From Candidatus Velthaea sp. (GTDB taxonomy: Bacteria > Vulcanimicrobiota > Vulcanimicrobiia > Vulcanimicrobiales > Vulcanimicrobiaceae), in the NCBI GenBank assembly GCA_965214935.1, contig CBDCCS010000021.1, positions 128,001 through 192,000 on the forward strand: 64,000 nt of DNA, read 5' to 3'. Shown piece after piece: positions 19,768 through 31,100 of this stretch. Position 1 is the first letter of the stretch; the number at the start of each line of letters is the position of its first letter. The notes beneath the pieces were generated by a model, which saw only the letters and a program-made list of their open reading frames with translations, was not told the origin of the DNA and did no database searches. Position numbers and translations under genes: made by a program.

Positions 19768-21107
19768 GGCAGCGGGCGAGCCGGGTTGCCGGCCACGCGT
19801 TCACCGTCGTCGACATCGCGAATTACGACCGAGCCGCCGCCGGTGAGCGCATCGTCACCGATGCGCAGCGGCGCAACGAGCGTCGAGTTCGAGCCGATGA
19901 AAGCACGCGCGCCGATTTCCGTGCGATGTTTGTTGCGGCCGTCGAAATTACACGTGATGGTGCCGGCACCGATATTCGTGCGCTCGCCGATTTCGGCATC
20001 GCCCAAATACGTTAGGTGACTTGCCTTCGCACCGGCATGCATCGTCGTTTTCTTGAGCTCCACGAAATTGCCGATAAACACATCGTCGGCTAGAACGTTG
20101 CCGCTGCGCAAATGCGCGTACGGTCCGACGTGCACGTGCGCGCCGACGCGCGAATCGAGCACGACGCTTTCACTGATCTGCGCGCCGTCGCCGACGATTG
20201 CATTCGAGAGACGGGCGCCGGGCCCGACCGCCACGTGCCGTCCAAGCGTCGTTTCGCCGCCGATGGCCGTGTTCGGGTAGATGACGCTGTCGGCACCGAT
20301 GATCACGTCCGGCTCGAGATAGGTGGTCGCCGGATCGACGATTGTCACGCCGGCTCGCATGTGTTCGTCGCACAAGCGCCGATTTAAAATGCTGCGGGCT
20401 ACGGCGAGTTCGATACGGTCATTGACGCCGAGCACGAACCGTTCGTCGGCGCAGACGACAGGCACCACGGGCAGATTGCGGCGGTTGAGCAGCGCGACCG
20501 TGTCGGTCAAGTAAAGCTCGTGCTGCGCATTCTCGGGCGACAGTTCGTCGATCACCGATCGAAGCGCCGGTTCGGCATACGCGTACACACCGGCGTTCAT
20601 CTCGTCGACGGTACGTTCGGCCGGCGTGCAATCACGCTCTTCAACGATTTTGGCCACGGTCGCACCGGAGCGGATGATGCGACCGAAACTCGACGGCAAC
20701 GGCATGCGCGCGGTCAGCAAGGCCAGTCCACCGTCGCTGTGATCTGCAGCGGTGATGACATCGGCAAACAGCTGCGGCGTGAGCAACGGCATGTCGCCGT
20801 AAGCGATAACGACCGTGCCGGTGCCGACGCTCAATGCGCGTAAGCCGGTTTGCACGGCGTCGCCGGTGCCGCGCTGCGGGTCTTGCACGACCGTCCGCCC
20901 GCCGAATGACGTGACAAGTGCGGCGATTGCCGCATCGACGGCCGGATTGGTTACGACGATCAATTCGGCCAGGCCGGCCGTTTGCAATGCGCGCAGTACG
21001 TACCATAGCATCGGGCGGCCGCAGATCTCATGCAGCACCTTGGGCCGGTCGGACTTCATCCGGGTGCCCATTCCGGCGGCAAGCACGATTGCCCGAACGG
21101 CGCTCAC
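19749..21107 (-). CDS. glmU: Bifunctional GlmU
   Basis: LAAGMGTRMKSDRPKVLH, ELYLTD, hexapeptide repeats, HLTYLGDA; GTG start overlaps the gltX stop. Confidence 0.98.
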   Translation of the reverse strand: MSAVRAIVLAAGMGTRMKSDRPKVLHEICGRPMLWYVLRALQTAGLAELIVVTNPAVDAAIAALVTSFGGRTVVQDPQRGTGDAVQTGLRALSVGTGTVVIAYGDMPLLTPQLFADVITAADHSDGGLALLTARMPLPSSFGRIIRSGATVAKIVEERDCTPAERTVDEMNAGVYAYAEPALRSVIDELSPENAQHELYLTDTVALLNRRNLPVVPVVCADERFVLGVNDRIELAVARSILNRRLCDEHMRAGVTIVDPATTYLEPDVIIGADSVIYPNTAIGGETTLGRHVAVGPGARLSNAIVGDGAQISESVVLDSRVGAHVHVGPYAHLRSGNVLADDVFIGNFVELKKTTMHAGAKASHLTYLGDAEIGERTNIGAGTITCNFDGRNKHRTEIGARAFIGSNSTLVAPLRIGDDALTGGGSVVIRDVDDGERVAGNPARPLPKKSPA

Positions 21108-22675
21108 GATGCCGCCTCCTCGGCGGCAGCGGCGGCGCGCCATTGCTTTTGTTCCGCCGCCGTCGGCGAGCCGACGATTTCGAGCGCATACCGCAGACGC
21201 TCGCGCACCATATCGCGTCCTAAGAGTTCCATCGCCTCGAACAGCGGTACCGACGTCGGACTGCCGGTTAAGGCCACGTAATACAGCCGTGCCAGATCGC
21301 GGAACTTCACGCCGAGACTGTCGGCGATGCCCTTGAGGACGCTTTCGATCGCCCGCCGGTCGAAGGTGCGCTGCGTGTCGAGCGTCCACATCGCCGCTGC
21401 CAGCGCGCGGCGCACGACGTCGAGTTCCAGCTTTCCGGCAACGAGCTGGTCTTTACCGACCGCAAGGCGGCCGCTGAAGAAAAACGCCGTCAACGGGCCA
21501 AGATCGCTCAGCCGCTCGATGCGGGCTTGAGCCAGCGCCAAGATGCGCTCGACGCGATGCCGGTCGAAGCCCCACCGCGTCACGTGCGTCAGCAACGCAG
21601 CGGGCGTCAGTTCGCGCAGATAACGGCCGTTGAGCCAGTCGAGCTTCGCGACGTCGAACACCGGGCCGCCCAGCGAAATGTTCGCGACGTTAAAGCGCTG
21701 CGTCAGTTCATCGAGCGTCATCACTTCTTGACCTTCGCTCGACGACACGAGCAGCAAGCCTAAGAAATTGCGCAACGCTTCAGGCAAATATCCCATGCGC
21801 TCGTAGAAGAGAATACTCGTCGGATTTTTGCGCTTACTCAACTTGGATTTATCAGGGTTGCGCAGCAGCGGCAAGTGCATGAGCTGCGGCGCATCCCATC
21901 CAAAATACCGGTAGAGCAAGAGGTGCTTGGGTGCCGAGCTAACCCATTCTTCACCGCGGAAGACGTGCGTTATCTCCATGAGATGATCGTCGACGACATT
22001 GGCGAGATGATACGTCGGCATGCCGTCCGACTTCACAAGTACTTGCATGTCGACGGTCGACCACTCGAACTCGATCGGCCCGCGGCGCAAATCGTTGACG
22101 ACGCAGACGCCCGTCGACGGCACGACCAGCCGCACGACCGACGCAACGCCGTGCGCTTCGAGCTCGCGAACTTCGCCGCTGGACAAGTGTCGGCAATGAC
22201 CGTCGTAGCGCGGCGGCAACTTCGCCAGGCGTTGCGCTTCGCGCATCGATTCGAGCCGTTCGGCCGTACAAAAGCAGCGAAAAGCGGAGCCTTGCTCGAG
22301 CAATTGCTCGGCGTACTTTGCATAAATAGCGAGCCGATCGCTTTGCCGGTATGGGCCGACGGTGCCGCCGACATCCGGTCCCTCGTCCCAGCTCAGGCCC
22401 ATCCAGTGCAACGAGGCCAAAATTGCCGTTTCCGATTCGGGCGTACTGCGCGCGCGATCGGTATCTTCAATCCGCAGCAGAAACTTGCCGTCGTGTTGCT
22501 TGGCAAAGATGTAATTCACCAGCGCGACGTACGCCGTGCCGACATGCGGATCGCCGGTCGGCGACGGCGCGACACGCGTGCGAACCGGCTTCGTTTGTAA
22601 CAGCGCCGGCGGCGGCTGGGCACTCGCGCGATGTTCGGTATCGATCGGTATATGCTGGGCGTCTAATGCGGTCAA
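21104..22675 (-). CDS. gltX: Glutamyl-tRNA synthetase
   Basis: RVAPSPTGDPHVGT, RIEDTD, PTYHLANVVDD, KLSKR. Confidence 0.98.
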   Translation of the reverse strand: MTALDAQHIPIDTEHRASAQPPPALLQTKPVRTRVAPSPTGDPHVGTAYVALVNYIFAKQHDGKFLLRIEDTDRARSTPESETAILASLHWMGLSWDEGPDVGGTVGPYRQSDRLAIYAKYAEQLLEQGSAFRCFCTAERLESMREAQRLAKLPPRYDGHCRHLSSGEVRELEAHGVASVVRLVVPSTGVCVVNDLRRGPIEFEWSTVDMQVLVKSDGMPTYHLANVVDDHLMEITHVFRGEEWVSSAPKHLLLYRYFGWDAPQLMHLPLLRNPDKSKLSKRKNPTSILFYERMGYLPEALRNFLGLLLVSSSEGQEVMTLDELTQRFNVANISLGGPVFDVAKLDWLNGRYLRELTPAALLTHVTRWGFDRHRVERILALAQARIERLSDLGPLTAFFFSGRLAVGKDQLVAGKLELDVVRRALAAAMWTLDTQRTFDRRAIESVLKGIADSLGVKFRDLARLYYVALTGSPTSVPLFEAMELLGRDMVRERLRYALEIVGSPTAAEQKQWRAAAAAEEAAS

Positions 22676-22684
22676 GTCTTTGCT

Positions 22685-23101
22685 TTATCCAACCAATTCG
22701 CGTCGTTTGCCGCACTCTCGTTCGACAAACTCGATAATCTTTGCAAGTGGCGCTCCCGGAGTAAAGATTTCGCGAACTCCCAAGCGCTTGAGTTCGAGCG
22801 CATCGTCGGCCGGGATCGTTCCGCCGCCGAAAAAAACGATGTCGGCGGCGTCTTGCGCATTAAGCCCCTCGACAATGAGCGGAAAGAGCGTCATGTGCGC
22901 GCCCGATAAAATCGACAGTCCGATGCCGTCGACATCTTCTTGAATCGCGGTTTGCACGATCTGCTCCGGAGTTTGAAACAAACCGGTATAGATGACTTCC
23001 ATTCCGGCATCCCGCAGCGCGCGCGCAATGACTTTCGCGCCGCGGTCATGACCGTCGAGCCCCGCCTTTGCGACGATAATGCGCAACGGTCGGTCGGGCA
23101 T
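22685..23101 (-). CDS. Cobalamin-binding small subunit of acyl-CoA mutase (IcmB-like)
   Basis: AKAGLDGHDRGAK (DxHxxG), LSILSGAH, GGGTIP; ATG 23101. Confidence 0.95.
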   Translation of the reverse strand: MPDRPLRIIVAKAGLDGHDRGAKVIARALRDAGMEVIYTGLFQTPEQIVQTAIQEDVDGIGLSILSGAHMTLFPLIVEGLNAQDAADIVFFGGGTIPADDALELKRLGVREIFTPGAPLAKIIEFVERECGKRRELVG

Positions 23102-23226
23102 CAATCGGCGCCCCGGCGACCTAAACTCAATGCCAGCGCTTCGCGCAACTTCGCCCGGACGACTAACAGCGTCGTTCGCATATTGCGTTCGTATTTCTCG
23201 CGGCTTTGCTTGCGATGTTTGCCCAT
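23101..23226 (-). CDS. 41-aa basic micro-protein between the mutase subunit genes (not in ORF track)
   Basis: MGKHRKQSREKYERNMRTTLLVVRAKLREALALSLGRRGAD*; starts 2 nt after the upstream TAA and its TGA overlaps the downstream ATG. Confidence 0.65.
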   Translation of the reverse strand: MGKHRKQSREKYERNMRTTLLVVRAKLREALALSLGRRGAD

Positions 23227-23228
23227 GG

Positions 23229-24917
23229 TTAGAACGCTGCTCTTTCCGTATAGCGGCCGAAAACCTCAACCATCGACTCGACGATCTCACCCTGGGTTGC
23301 AGAGACCCGGACGGCGTCGACGATTCGCGGCATGACGTTTTCATCGCTTCGGCATGCAGCCCGCAGCGCCGCTAAAGCCGCATCGACGGCGGGTCGATCG
23401 CGCTCCGTTCGCAGCCGCCCGACGTCGGCGGCTTGACTGCGCTCGATCTCCGCGCCGATTTTGAGCATCGGCGTGTCGCCTTCGTCGGGACGCTCGAAGG
23501 CGTTGACGCCGACGATCACCCGGTCCTTGACTTCAAGCGAACGCTGATAGCGGTAGGACGCATCGGCGATTTCACGTTGGAAGAAGCCGGCTTCGATCGC
23601 TTCGATCACACCGCCGAAGGCGGCGATCCGGGCAAAATAAGCCTCGGCTTGCCCTTCGAGTGCCGATGTCAGCGCCTCGACGAAGTACGACCCGCCCAGC
23701 GGATCGACAACGTTGGTAACGTTCGTTTCGTACGCGAGAACCTGCTGCGTGCGTAACGCAATCTCGACGTTTTTTTCCGTCGGCAGCGCCAGCACTTCGT
23801 CCATTGAATTCGTGTGCAGCGATTGGGTTCCGCCGAGCACCGCGGCTAAAGCCTCGTATGCCACGCGCACGATATTATTTTCCGGTTGCTGCGCGGTCGC
23901 GCTACAACCCGCTGTTTGGGTGTGGAAACGCAACTGACACGAACGCGGATCGCGTGCTCCGTAGACATCGCGCATCCGCCGCGCGTAGATGCGGCGGGCC
24001 GCCCGGTACTTTGCAATCTCTTCGAAGAAATCGATATGCGCGTTAAAGAAAAACGATAACCGCGGTGCAAAACTGTCGACGTCCATTCCGGCCGCGATGG
24101 CCGCTTCGACGTAAGCAAATCCATTGGCCAGCGTAAAGGCCAGCTCTTGGGCGGCGGTCGATCCGGCCTCGCGGATGTGATAACCACTGATCGAAATGGT
24201 GTTCCACTTGGGCATTTCATCGCGGCAAAACCGCATCATGTCGACGATGATCCGGACGTGCGGGCGCGGCGGAAAGATCCACTCTTTTTGGGCGACGTAT
24301 TCTTTGAGGATGTCGGCCTGCAGCGTGCCGCCGAGTTGCGCCCGCGGAATGCCCTTATTTTCAGCCGCAACGATGTATTGTGCAAGCGCGATTGCCGCCG
24401 GCCCGTTGATCGTCATCGACGTGGTGATTGCTCCCATGTCGATTCCGTCGAAGAGCCGTTCCATATCTTGCAGCGAGTCGATGGCGACGCCGCAGCGGCC
24501 GACTTCGCCGCGAGCTTTCGGGTGATCGGAATCGTAACCCATGAGCGTCGGCATATCGAAAGCGACCGACAATCCGTGCTGGCCTTGTGCCAGTAAAAAA
24601 TGGTACCGCTCATTGGTCTGTCGCGCGTTACCGAATCCGGCGAATTGACGCATCGTCCAAAGCCGGTCGCGGTACATGTTCGGATGGATGCCGCGCGTGT
24701 ACGGGAAATCGCCCGGGACGCCGAGATCGCGCGCGATGTCGAGGTGGGCAACATCGGCCGGGCCGTACAACGCTGCCAGCGGCACATCGGAGAGCGTCCG
24801 GTCGAGAGCACCAGAACCCGGGCCGGTCCGCGCCGGCGGTGCATCGCTGCGCCGTTCGCGCAGTTCCACGTATTCTCGCGTCTCGACCGGTCCGAGGCCC
24901 GAGGCGCGATCGATCAT
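23229..24917 (-). CDS. B12-dependent acyl-CoA mutase large subunit, isobutyryl-CoA mutase (IcmA)-like
   Basis: [44 protein letters not shown]; no B12-binding domain; GGAGG SD. Confidence 0.93.
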   Translation of the reverse strand: MIDRASGLGPVETREYVELRERRSDAPPARTGPGSGALDRTLSDVPLAALYGPADVAHLDIARDLGVPGDFPYTRGIHPNMYRDRLWTMRQFAGFGNARQTNERYHFLLAQGQHGLSVAFDMPTLMGYDSDHPKARGEVGRCGVAIDSLQDMERLFDGIDMGAITTSMTINGPAAIALAQYIVAAENKGIPRAQLGGTLQADILKEYVAQKEWIFPPRPHVRIIVDMMRFCRDEMPKWNTISISGYHIREAGSTAAQELAFTLANGFAYVEAAIAAGMDVDSFAPRLSFFFNAHIDFFEEIAKYRAARRIYARRMRDVYGARDPRSCQLRFHTQTAGCSATAQQPENNIVRVAYEALAAVLGGTQSLHTNSMDEVLALPTEKNVEIALRTQQVLAYETNVTNVVDPLGGSYFVEALTSALEGQAEAYFARIAAFGGVIEAIEAGFFQREIADASYRYQRSLEVKDRVIVGVNAFERPDEGDTPMLKIGAEIERSQAADVGRLRTERDRPAVDAALAALRAACRSDENVMPRIVDAVRVSATQGEIVESMVEVFGRYTERAAF

Positions 24918-25179
24918 CTTGGCTATGCTGGTACCTCCCGGCTCGACCTGCGTTCGCCTTCGACGATCGGCAGCCGGACTCCCAAGAGCGCCGTAGCGCT
25001 CGACCCGCTTCAGGCTTCTTCCGCTCCCTGAACGATTGCTTCTCCGCCGAAGTCATCGCCGGCGAGCGCATCCCGATACCGGGCAAAAATTCGTCGCTCG
25101 GATCGACCGGGAAGGTTTCGATCGGCAACCCGGTCTCCGCGCCGGCCCGAATGCGTGCATCGGCAGAACCGGCGCGGGT

Positions 25180-25419
25180 CTGGCGAACCGCTCGAACGCC
25201 GTTCGGTGTAACGCGTGGCCTCCACCGGCGAAGACCTCAACTTCGACCCGAATGTGCGGTTCGCGTTGCTGCGAAATACTCGGCCGTGCGTGCCCCCGAA
25301 CGGCGCGAGCTTGCTATGCCATGCACGCAAAGAAGATACGGCCCGTTTTCACCCCGCTGCTCGACCTGCGTGACTGCGCCGTCGCCGGGTTCGACGCGCC
25401 GCGGCGCGAAGCCGATCAC
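25180..25419 (-). pseudogene. Internally deleted alpha/beta-hydrolase remnant
   Basis: N-terminal GPYLLCVHGIASS directly followed, in another frame, by C-terminal [19 protein letters not shown]. Confidence 0.65.
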
Positions 25420-26303
25420 GCGACTTGCCGGCTCTTGAACGTTAATTCCGAGATGCCGGATTTATCGAGCTCGCCGAGACCGCGCCGGACCATCTCGTCG
25501 TATTGCGCCTTGGTCGCCGCGGCCAGCGGTAAAGCAAGCCGTTCGTCATGCGCGAGCTGCAGCGCGATGCCGGAATCTTTTGCGGCGTGCGTAGCCATGA
25601 AGTAGGCTTCATGCTCGTGATTCTGCATGTCTTCACCATCGGTGACGAGCACGCGCGACGCGGCGCCGGTCTGTGCAAACACATCGCGCAGCATCGTGAG
25701 ATCTAAGCCCAGCGCATCACCCAAGCCGAGCGCCTCGGCAAGTCCCGCCGTGTTGATGTTCATGAGCATGTTGACGAGCGCTTTCACTTGCGCGCCGGTG
25801 CCCGGGCCACCGACGAATCGCAGCGCGATCGACATATCCGCCAGCATCGGTTTGACCGCTTCGAACGCGCTCTCATCGTTTGCGCAAATGAGAAACAGCT
25901 TACCGTCGCGCGATTGCGGAATCGAGCCGGCCATCAAGGCTTCGACCGTGCGTGCACCGGCAGCCGCAGCTCGCTCGGCGACTTCAACGTGCACGCCCGG
26001 TGTAATCGTCGCACAATTAACAAAGATTTTGCCGGCGGCACCGGTCAACAGCGAATCGCCGCTCAGCGCGAAAATCTGGCGCATTGCCGTATCGTCGGTG
26101 ACGACGGTAAGGATAACGTCGGCGTACGCGGTGACCTCAGCTAAATGCGTGTACGCCGTCGCGTCGAGATCCCGCGCCAGATCGGCGGCTAGCGGGGCGA
26201 CGGCATCGTACAACGCGGTGACCGGGTAGCCGACGTCTTTGAGACGTCGCGCGATGTTTGCACCCATGCGACCGGTGCCGACGATTCCAATCCGTTGCTT
26301 CAC
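25416..26303 (-). CDS. NAD(P)-dependent beta-hydroxyacid dehydrogenase (3-hydroxyisobutyrate DH family)
   Basis: GIVGTGRMG, VKALVN, AAKDSGIAL. Confidence 0.92.
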   Translation of the reverse strand: MKQRIGIVGTGRMGANIARRLKDVGYPVTALYDAVAPLAADLARDLDATAYTHLAEVTAYADVILTVVTDDTAMRQIFALSGDSLLTGAAGKIFVNCATITPGVHVEVAERAAAAGARTVEALMAGSIPQSRDGKLFLICANDESAFEAVKPMLADMSIALRFVGGPGTGAQVKALVNMLMNINTAGLAEALGLGDALGLDLTMLRDVFAQTGAASRVLVTDGEDMQNHEHEAYFMATHAAKDSGIALQLAHDERLALPLAAATKAQYDEMVRRGLGELDKSGISELTFKSRQVA

Positions 26304-26356
26304 TCTATCGCTCCTTACCGATGCTTCGACAACCGCTTACGATCGCCGCAGCAGCG

Positions 26357-26812
26357 TTATTTTGCTGCTTGGGCGTGCAGCTCGTCGAGATCTTCGAGCA
26401 TGTTGAGCGTTACGGCATCCTTGACCGTTACATCGCTCATTCCGCTCGCCGAGCGCATCTTCGCACCGAGATCGTCGGCGTGATCGTAACCGCGAATTGC
26501 CGCGTTATGCTTGGCGATTGCATCGGTCGGAACGTGACCGCCATTCTGGGCCAGCACGTATGCTTCGAACTGCACGTACGTCGGTTTCCGTTCGCGCACG
26601 AAACGCATAACTTCTTCGCGCTCGAGATTGAGCGCATCGATCGTCATCTGATCGAAGCCCGAACCGCAGATGTCATAGCCGTCCGCCAGCGTACCGGCCG
26701 CTGACAGTGTCAGCTTCGTCCACAGCCGGGGAAGGTGCAGCGCACCGAGCGGACCTGCCGTGCCGGAACTAATCAATGGAACCGTTTTGGGAGTACTCGA
26801 GACGCTTGTCAT
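26357..26812 (-). CDS. DUF5069-like protein
   Basis: GPLGALHLPRLWTK, GFDQMTIDAL, LEDLDE; GAGGAG SD. Confidence 0.75.
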   Translation of the reverse strand: MTSVSSTPKTVPLISSGTAGPLGALHLPRLWTKLTLSAAGTLADGYDICGSGFDQMTIDALNLEREEVMRFVRERKPTYVQFEAYVLAQNGGHVPTDAIAKHNAAIRGYDHADDLGAKMRSASGMSDVTVKDAVTLNMLEDLDELHAQAAK

Positions 26813-27007
26813 TGTTGTCTCCTCAGGCGTTGTGTTGGCGGCTTATTTCGTTCGGTCTGTCTTAAACGCTGACGTCGATTTCATCATATAAAAATCCGTC
26901 AGGCTGTGTGTTATTAGGCACGGTCTCGTATGCACCGGCATCCTGCAAACGCCGCACGCATGGACGGACATGCATCGCCGTAGCAAACCACTTGATGACC
27001 GGTCGAT

Positions 27008-27976
27008 CTAAGCGTGCAGGCCTTTGACGGACGCCGGGACGGCGCTACGCGGCCGCAAGTTGCCGAGCATTCCGGCCTCGATGCCGTAACGGCGTAACAA
27101 GGTCGCCGCGGCCGTATAGGGGTCGCCGCTCAGCTCGCTTTCCGTCAGCGCCGTTTCCACTTGGTGTTGCAGTGCACCCACGGTCAATCCGCGAACGCGA
27201 TTAAGAAAAGCCGAGCGGCGCTTGGCGCCGAGCGCGCCGGTTGTCCGCAGCCATCGATCGTGCGCTAGAACGGCATCCCACAGCGCGGAAATCCCCGTTC
27301 CGGCGAGCGCCTGCGTGGCGACGAGTTCCGGGGTCCAGCCGCCGTACTGCAGCATCTCCATCATCGAGCGGATTTCGCGCTCGAGCTGTAACGCCATCGG
27401 ATGGTCGCTCTTGTTGACGACGAAAATGTCGGCGATCTCGAGTATCCCGGCTTTGAGCACTTGGACCGAATCGCCGCTGCCCGGCTGTAATGCGACTAGC
27501 GTCGTGTCGGCAATTTCCGCAATCTCGATTTCCGATTGCCCGACTCCGACCGTTTCGACGATAACGACGTCTTTACCGAACGCATCCATGAGCGCCGCAG
27601 CGTCCGCGGTCGCTCCGGCGACGCCGCCGAGATGTCCGCGGCTGGCCATCGAACGAATGAACACGTCGGGATCGGTGAAATGCTCGGCGAGGCGAATCCG
27701 GTCGCCGAGTAACGCGCCCCCCGAAAAGGGCGAACTCGGATCGACCGAGATCACCCCAATGGTGTTGCCCAACTTCCGTGCATGCGTCACGAGAGCCGAA
27801 CACAAGGTCGACTTTCCAACGCCGGGCGGTCCGGTCAAGCCGATACTGAGCGCCTGACCCGTGCGCTCGAAAAGTGCGCCCACGATGCCGGCGCCGCGTC
27901 CGGATTCACAGGCGGAGATTGCCCGCGCGAGGGCGCGCGGACGTCCGGCTAAAAATTCGGACAACAGTTCGGTCAT
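27008..27976 (-). CDS. meaB: MeaB/ArgK G-protein chaperone of B12 mutases
   Basis: GPPGVGKST, VDPSSPFSGGALLGDRIR, ETVGVGQSE, NKSD; start ATG 27976. Confidence 0.95.
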   Translation of the reverse strand: MTELLSEFLAGRPRALARAISACESGRGAGIVGALFERTGQALSIGLTGPPGVGKSTLCSALVTHARKLGNTIGVISVDPSSPFSGGALLGDRIRLAEHFTDPDVFIRSMASRGHLGGVAGATADAAALMDAFGKDVVIVETVGVGQSEIEIAEIADTTLVALQPGSGDSVQVLKAGILEIADIFVVNKSDHPMALQLEREIRSMMEMLQYGGWTPELVATQALAGTGISALWDAVLAHDRWLRTTGALGAKRRSAFLNRVRGLTVGALQHQVETALTESELSGDPYTAAATLLRRYGIEAGMLGNLRPRSAVPASVKGLHA

Positions 27977-28101
27977 CGGCGGCCACGCTTTCGGCACGCT
28001 CCCGGCGGCTACTGCCCAAGGCAGCCCTGCGTTCTCGGCGCCTCGGTCGAGCCGCGGCCGTCCGGCGGATACGCTTGATCTAATCGCCAATGCCGCACGC
28101 A

Positions 28102-31100
28102 ATGACAGCTCTGGGTTACCATCGCAGTCCGCACCTCAATGGCGAAGCGCTTGTTTTCATCACTGAAGACGACATCTGGACGGTTCCGGTCAGCGGGGGA
28201 GTCGCCCGGCGGCTCACAACCAACGCCGGCGAATGTTCGCTGCCGCGACTCTCACCGGACGGCAGCCGGATCGCCTTCGTCGGACGCGACGAAGGGCATC
28301 CCGAAGTGTTCACGATGCCGGCCGAAGGCGGGCCGGCGCGCCGGCTGACCTTCCTAGGCGCCGATGCGCTGTACGTCTGCGGCTGGTCGCCCGACGGCGG
28401 CGAAATCCACTTTACCAGTGACGCGGGTTCGGCGTTCGTCCGTGAGACTTGCGCCTTTGCGGTTCCGGCAAACGGCGGAGCCGTCCGGGCGCTCAACTTC
28501 GGGCACGCCATGTCGTTCGCCGTCAAAGCCGACGGCGCGATGCTCATCGGCCGCAATGCCGTCGACCCGGCGCGTTGGAAACGCTACCGCGGCGGCACCG
28601 CCGGACAGTTGTGGGTCGATTCGACCGGCGCCGGCGTCTTCGCCCGGCTCGGCGCCTCCATCGCCGGGAATCTCGTCTGGCCGATGTGGCTGGGCGAACG
28701 TGCCTTCTTCCTTTCGGACCACGATGGCATCGGCAACATCTATTCGTGCCGGCCGGACGGTTCCGATCTGCAGCGCCACACCGCGGAACGCGATTATTAT
28801 GCGCGGTTTCCTTCAAGCGACGGCAAGCGCATCGTGTATGCCTGCGGCGCCGAGATCGTCCTGCTCGACCCACAGCCGGGCAGCGTGCGCCGCATCGACA
28901 TCACGACGCCGTCGAGCGCCAGCCAGTCGGCCCGCCGTTTCGTCGATGCCGCCGACCTGCTCGAGCGCTTCAGCCCGTCGCCCGACGGCACCGCAATCGG
29001 CGTCGTCTCGCGCGGGCGTGTCTTCTCAATGCCGCTGTGGGAAGAAGCCGTTACCGAGTATGGCGATGCGGACGGTTCACGCCGCCGTCACCTTACCTGG
29101 TTGCACGGCGGGAAGCACGTCGCGTATGTTGACGATTCAGCCGGCTTCGAGCGAATTGCAGTCGAGCCGGTCGATCGCAGCGCTCCGCTGGCCTACGTTT
29201 CGGAAAGCAACGTCGGCCGAATCACGGAACTAAGCGCATCGCCGGTCGACGATACGCTCGCCATCGCGAACCACCGGCATGAACTGCTCGTCATTGCTCC
29301 CGGCGCCGCGCCGCGCACGCTCGATACCGGTCGCGGCTGGCGCATCACCGATCTTGCCTTCTCACCCGATGGCCGGTACATCGCCTATGCATGGTCGCCG
29401 GCGCAAGACGTCTCGATCATCCGCATCGCCGACTTGCGCGACGACTCGATCCACGACGCAACGGCGGCGCTGCGTACCGATCGTGCTCCCGCCTGGGACC
29501 CGCAAGGGAACTACCTGTACTTTATTTCAACGCGGGATTTTCGGCCGGTTTATGACGCGTTGCAATTCGACCTAAGTTTTCCGCAAGCGATGCGTCCCTT
29601 CGTCGTGACTCTGCGGACCGATGTCGCGAATCCATTCGTCGCTAAGCCGGCGCCGCTGCATCCGGCCAAAGACGACGATGACGATGCGGACAAGAATGAG
29701 ACGCTCGACATTGCGATCGACTTCGCGGGCCTGCCGCTACGCATGCTCGGCTTTCCCATCGATGAAGGCCACTACGAGCAGATCGCCGGCGCGAAGGGCC
29801 GGGTCATTTACAGCCATTTTCCGGTGCGCGGGATCCAACCGCATGCACGCAGCAGCGATGAACCCGAACATGGCGGTACGCTTGCGGCGTATGATTTCGA
29901 GCAGCAGCGGGAGGGAACGCTTGCGGCGGACGTCGACGATTTCGTGCTCGGCAGCGACGGCCGCACGCTGGTCTACGCCTCGCGCGAGAAGCTCCGCGTC
30001 ATCGACGCCGTCGCCGACTTGCCCGAGGATGAGGAGGAGCCGAAAGCGCCGGGTGAATTCAATCGTCGTAGCGGCTTCCTCGATCTCGGCCGGATCAGCT
30101 TGGAGGTCGAGCCGCGCAACGAATGGCGGCAAATGTTCGCCGAAGCGTGGCGCTTACAGCGCGAGCAGTTCTGGGACGAGCGGATGTCGGGCGTCGATTG
30201 GGATGCAGTCTATTTGCGGTATGCCGCCTTGTTGCCGCGCCTGCGCACCCGGCTCGAACTTTCCGATCTCATCTGGGAAATGCAGGGTGAACTGGGGACC
30301 TCGCACGCCTACGAAATCGGCGGCGACCTGCGCATTCCGCCGCAATACCGGCGTGGTTTTTTAGGCGCCGACTACGTTTGGAACCGCGCGGCGGGCGGTT
30401 ATGAGATCAGCCGCATTTATCGCGGCGATTCGTGGGACCGCAAGTCCGACTCACCGCTGGCCGAACCCGGGCTCGACGTCCGCGCGGGCGATATCCTCGT
30501 CGGTGTCGGCGGCCGGGCTTTGACTCCCGAATTGAGCCCGGACGCGTTACTCGTCAATCTCGCCGAGCATGAAATCGCCTTGACGATCGAGCGCGAGGGC
30601 GAACGCCGGCGAGTCCTCGTCCGTACGCTGCGCGACGAGCGAATGCTGCGCTATCGCGCCTGGGTCGACGAAAACCGGCGTATCGTTCACGAGCGCAGCG
30701 CGGGCGAAGTGGGCTACATTCACGTGCCGGACATGGGGCCGTGGGGCTTCGCTGAATTTCACCGCGGCTTCTTGTCCGAGTTCAATCGGCGCGGCCTGGT
30801 CGTCGACGTGCGCTACAATCGCGGCGGCCATATCTCGCCGCTGCTGCTCGAGAAGCTGGCGCGCAAACGCGTCGGCTACGATGTCTCACGCTACGGTCCG
30901 GCCGTACCGTACCCGCCGGAATCCGTCGGCGGCCCGATGGTCGCGATCACCAACCAGTTTGCCGGTTCCGACGGCGACATTTTTAGTCACTGCTTCAAAC
31001 TCTACGGTTTAGGCCCGCTCGTCGGGATGCGAACGTGGGGCGGGGTAATCGGTATTAACCCGTATCATCGCCTCGTCGACGGCACGCTGACCACCCAACC

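Noticed and set aside
24918..25180. Cobalamin riboswitch upstream of the mutase (also GGGAAG near 60560)
   Set aside because: No B12-box or accompanying conserved elements; sequence looks like gene debris
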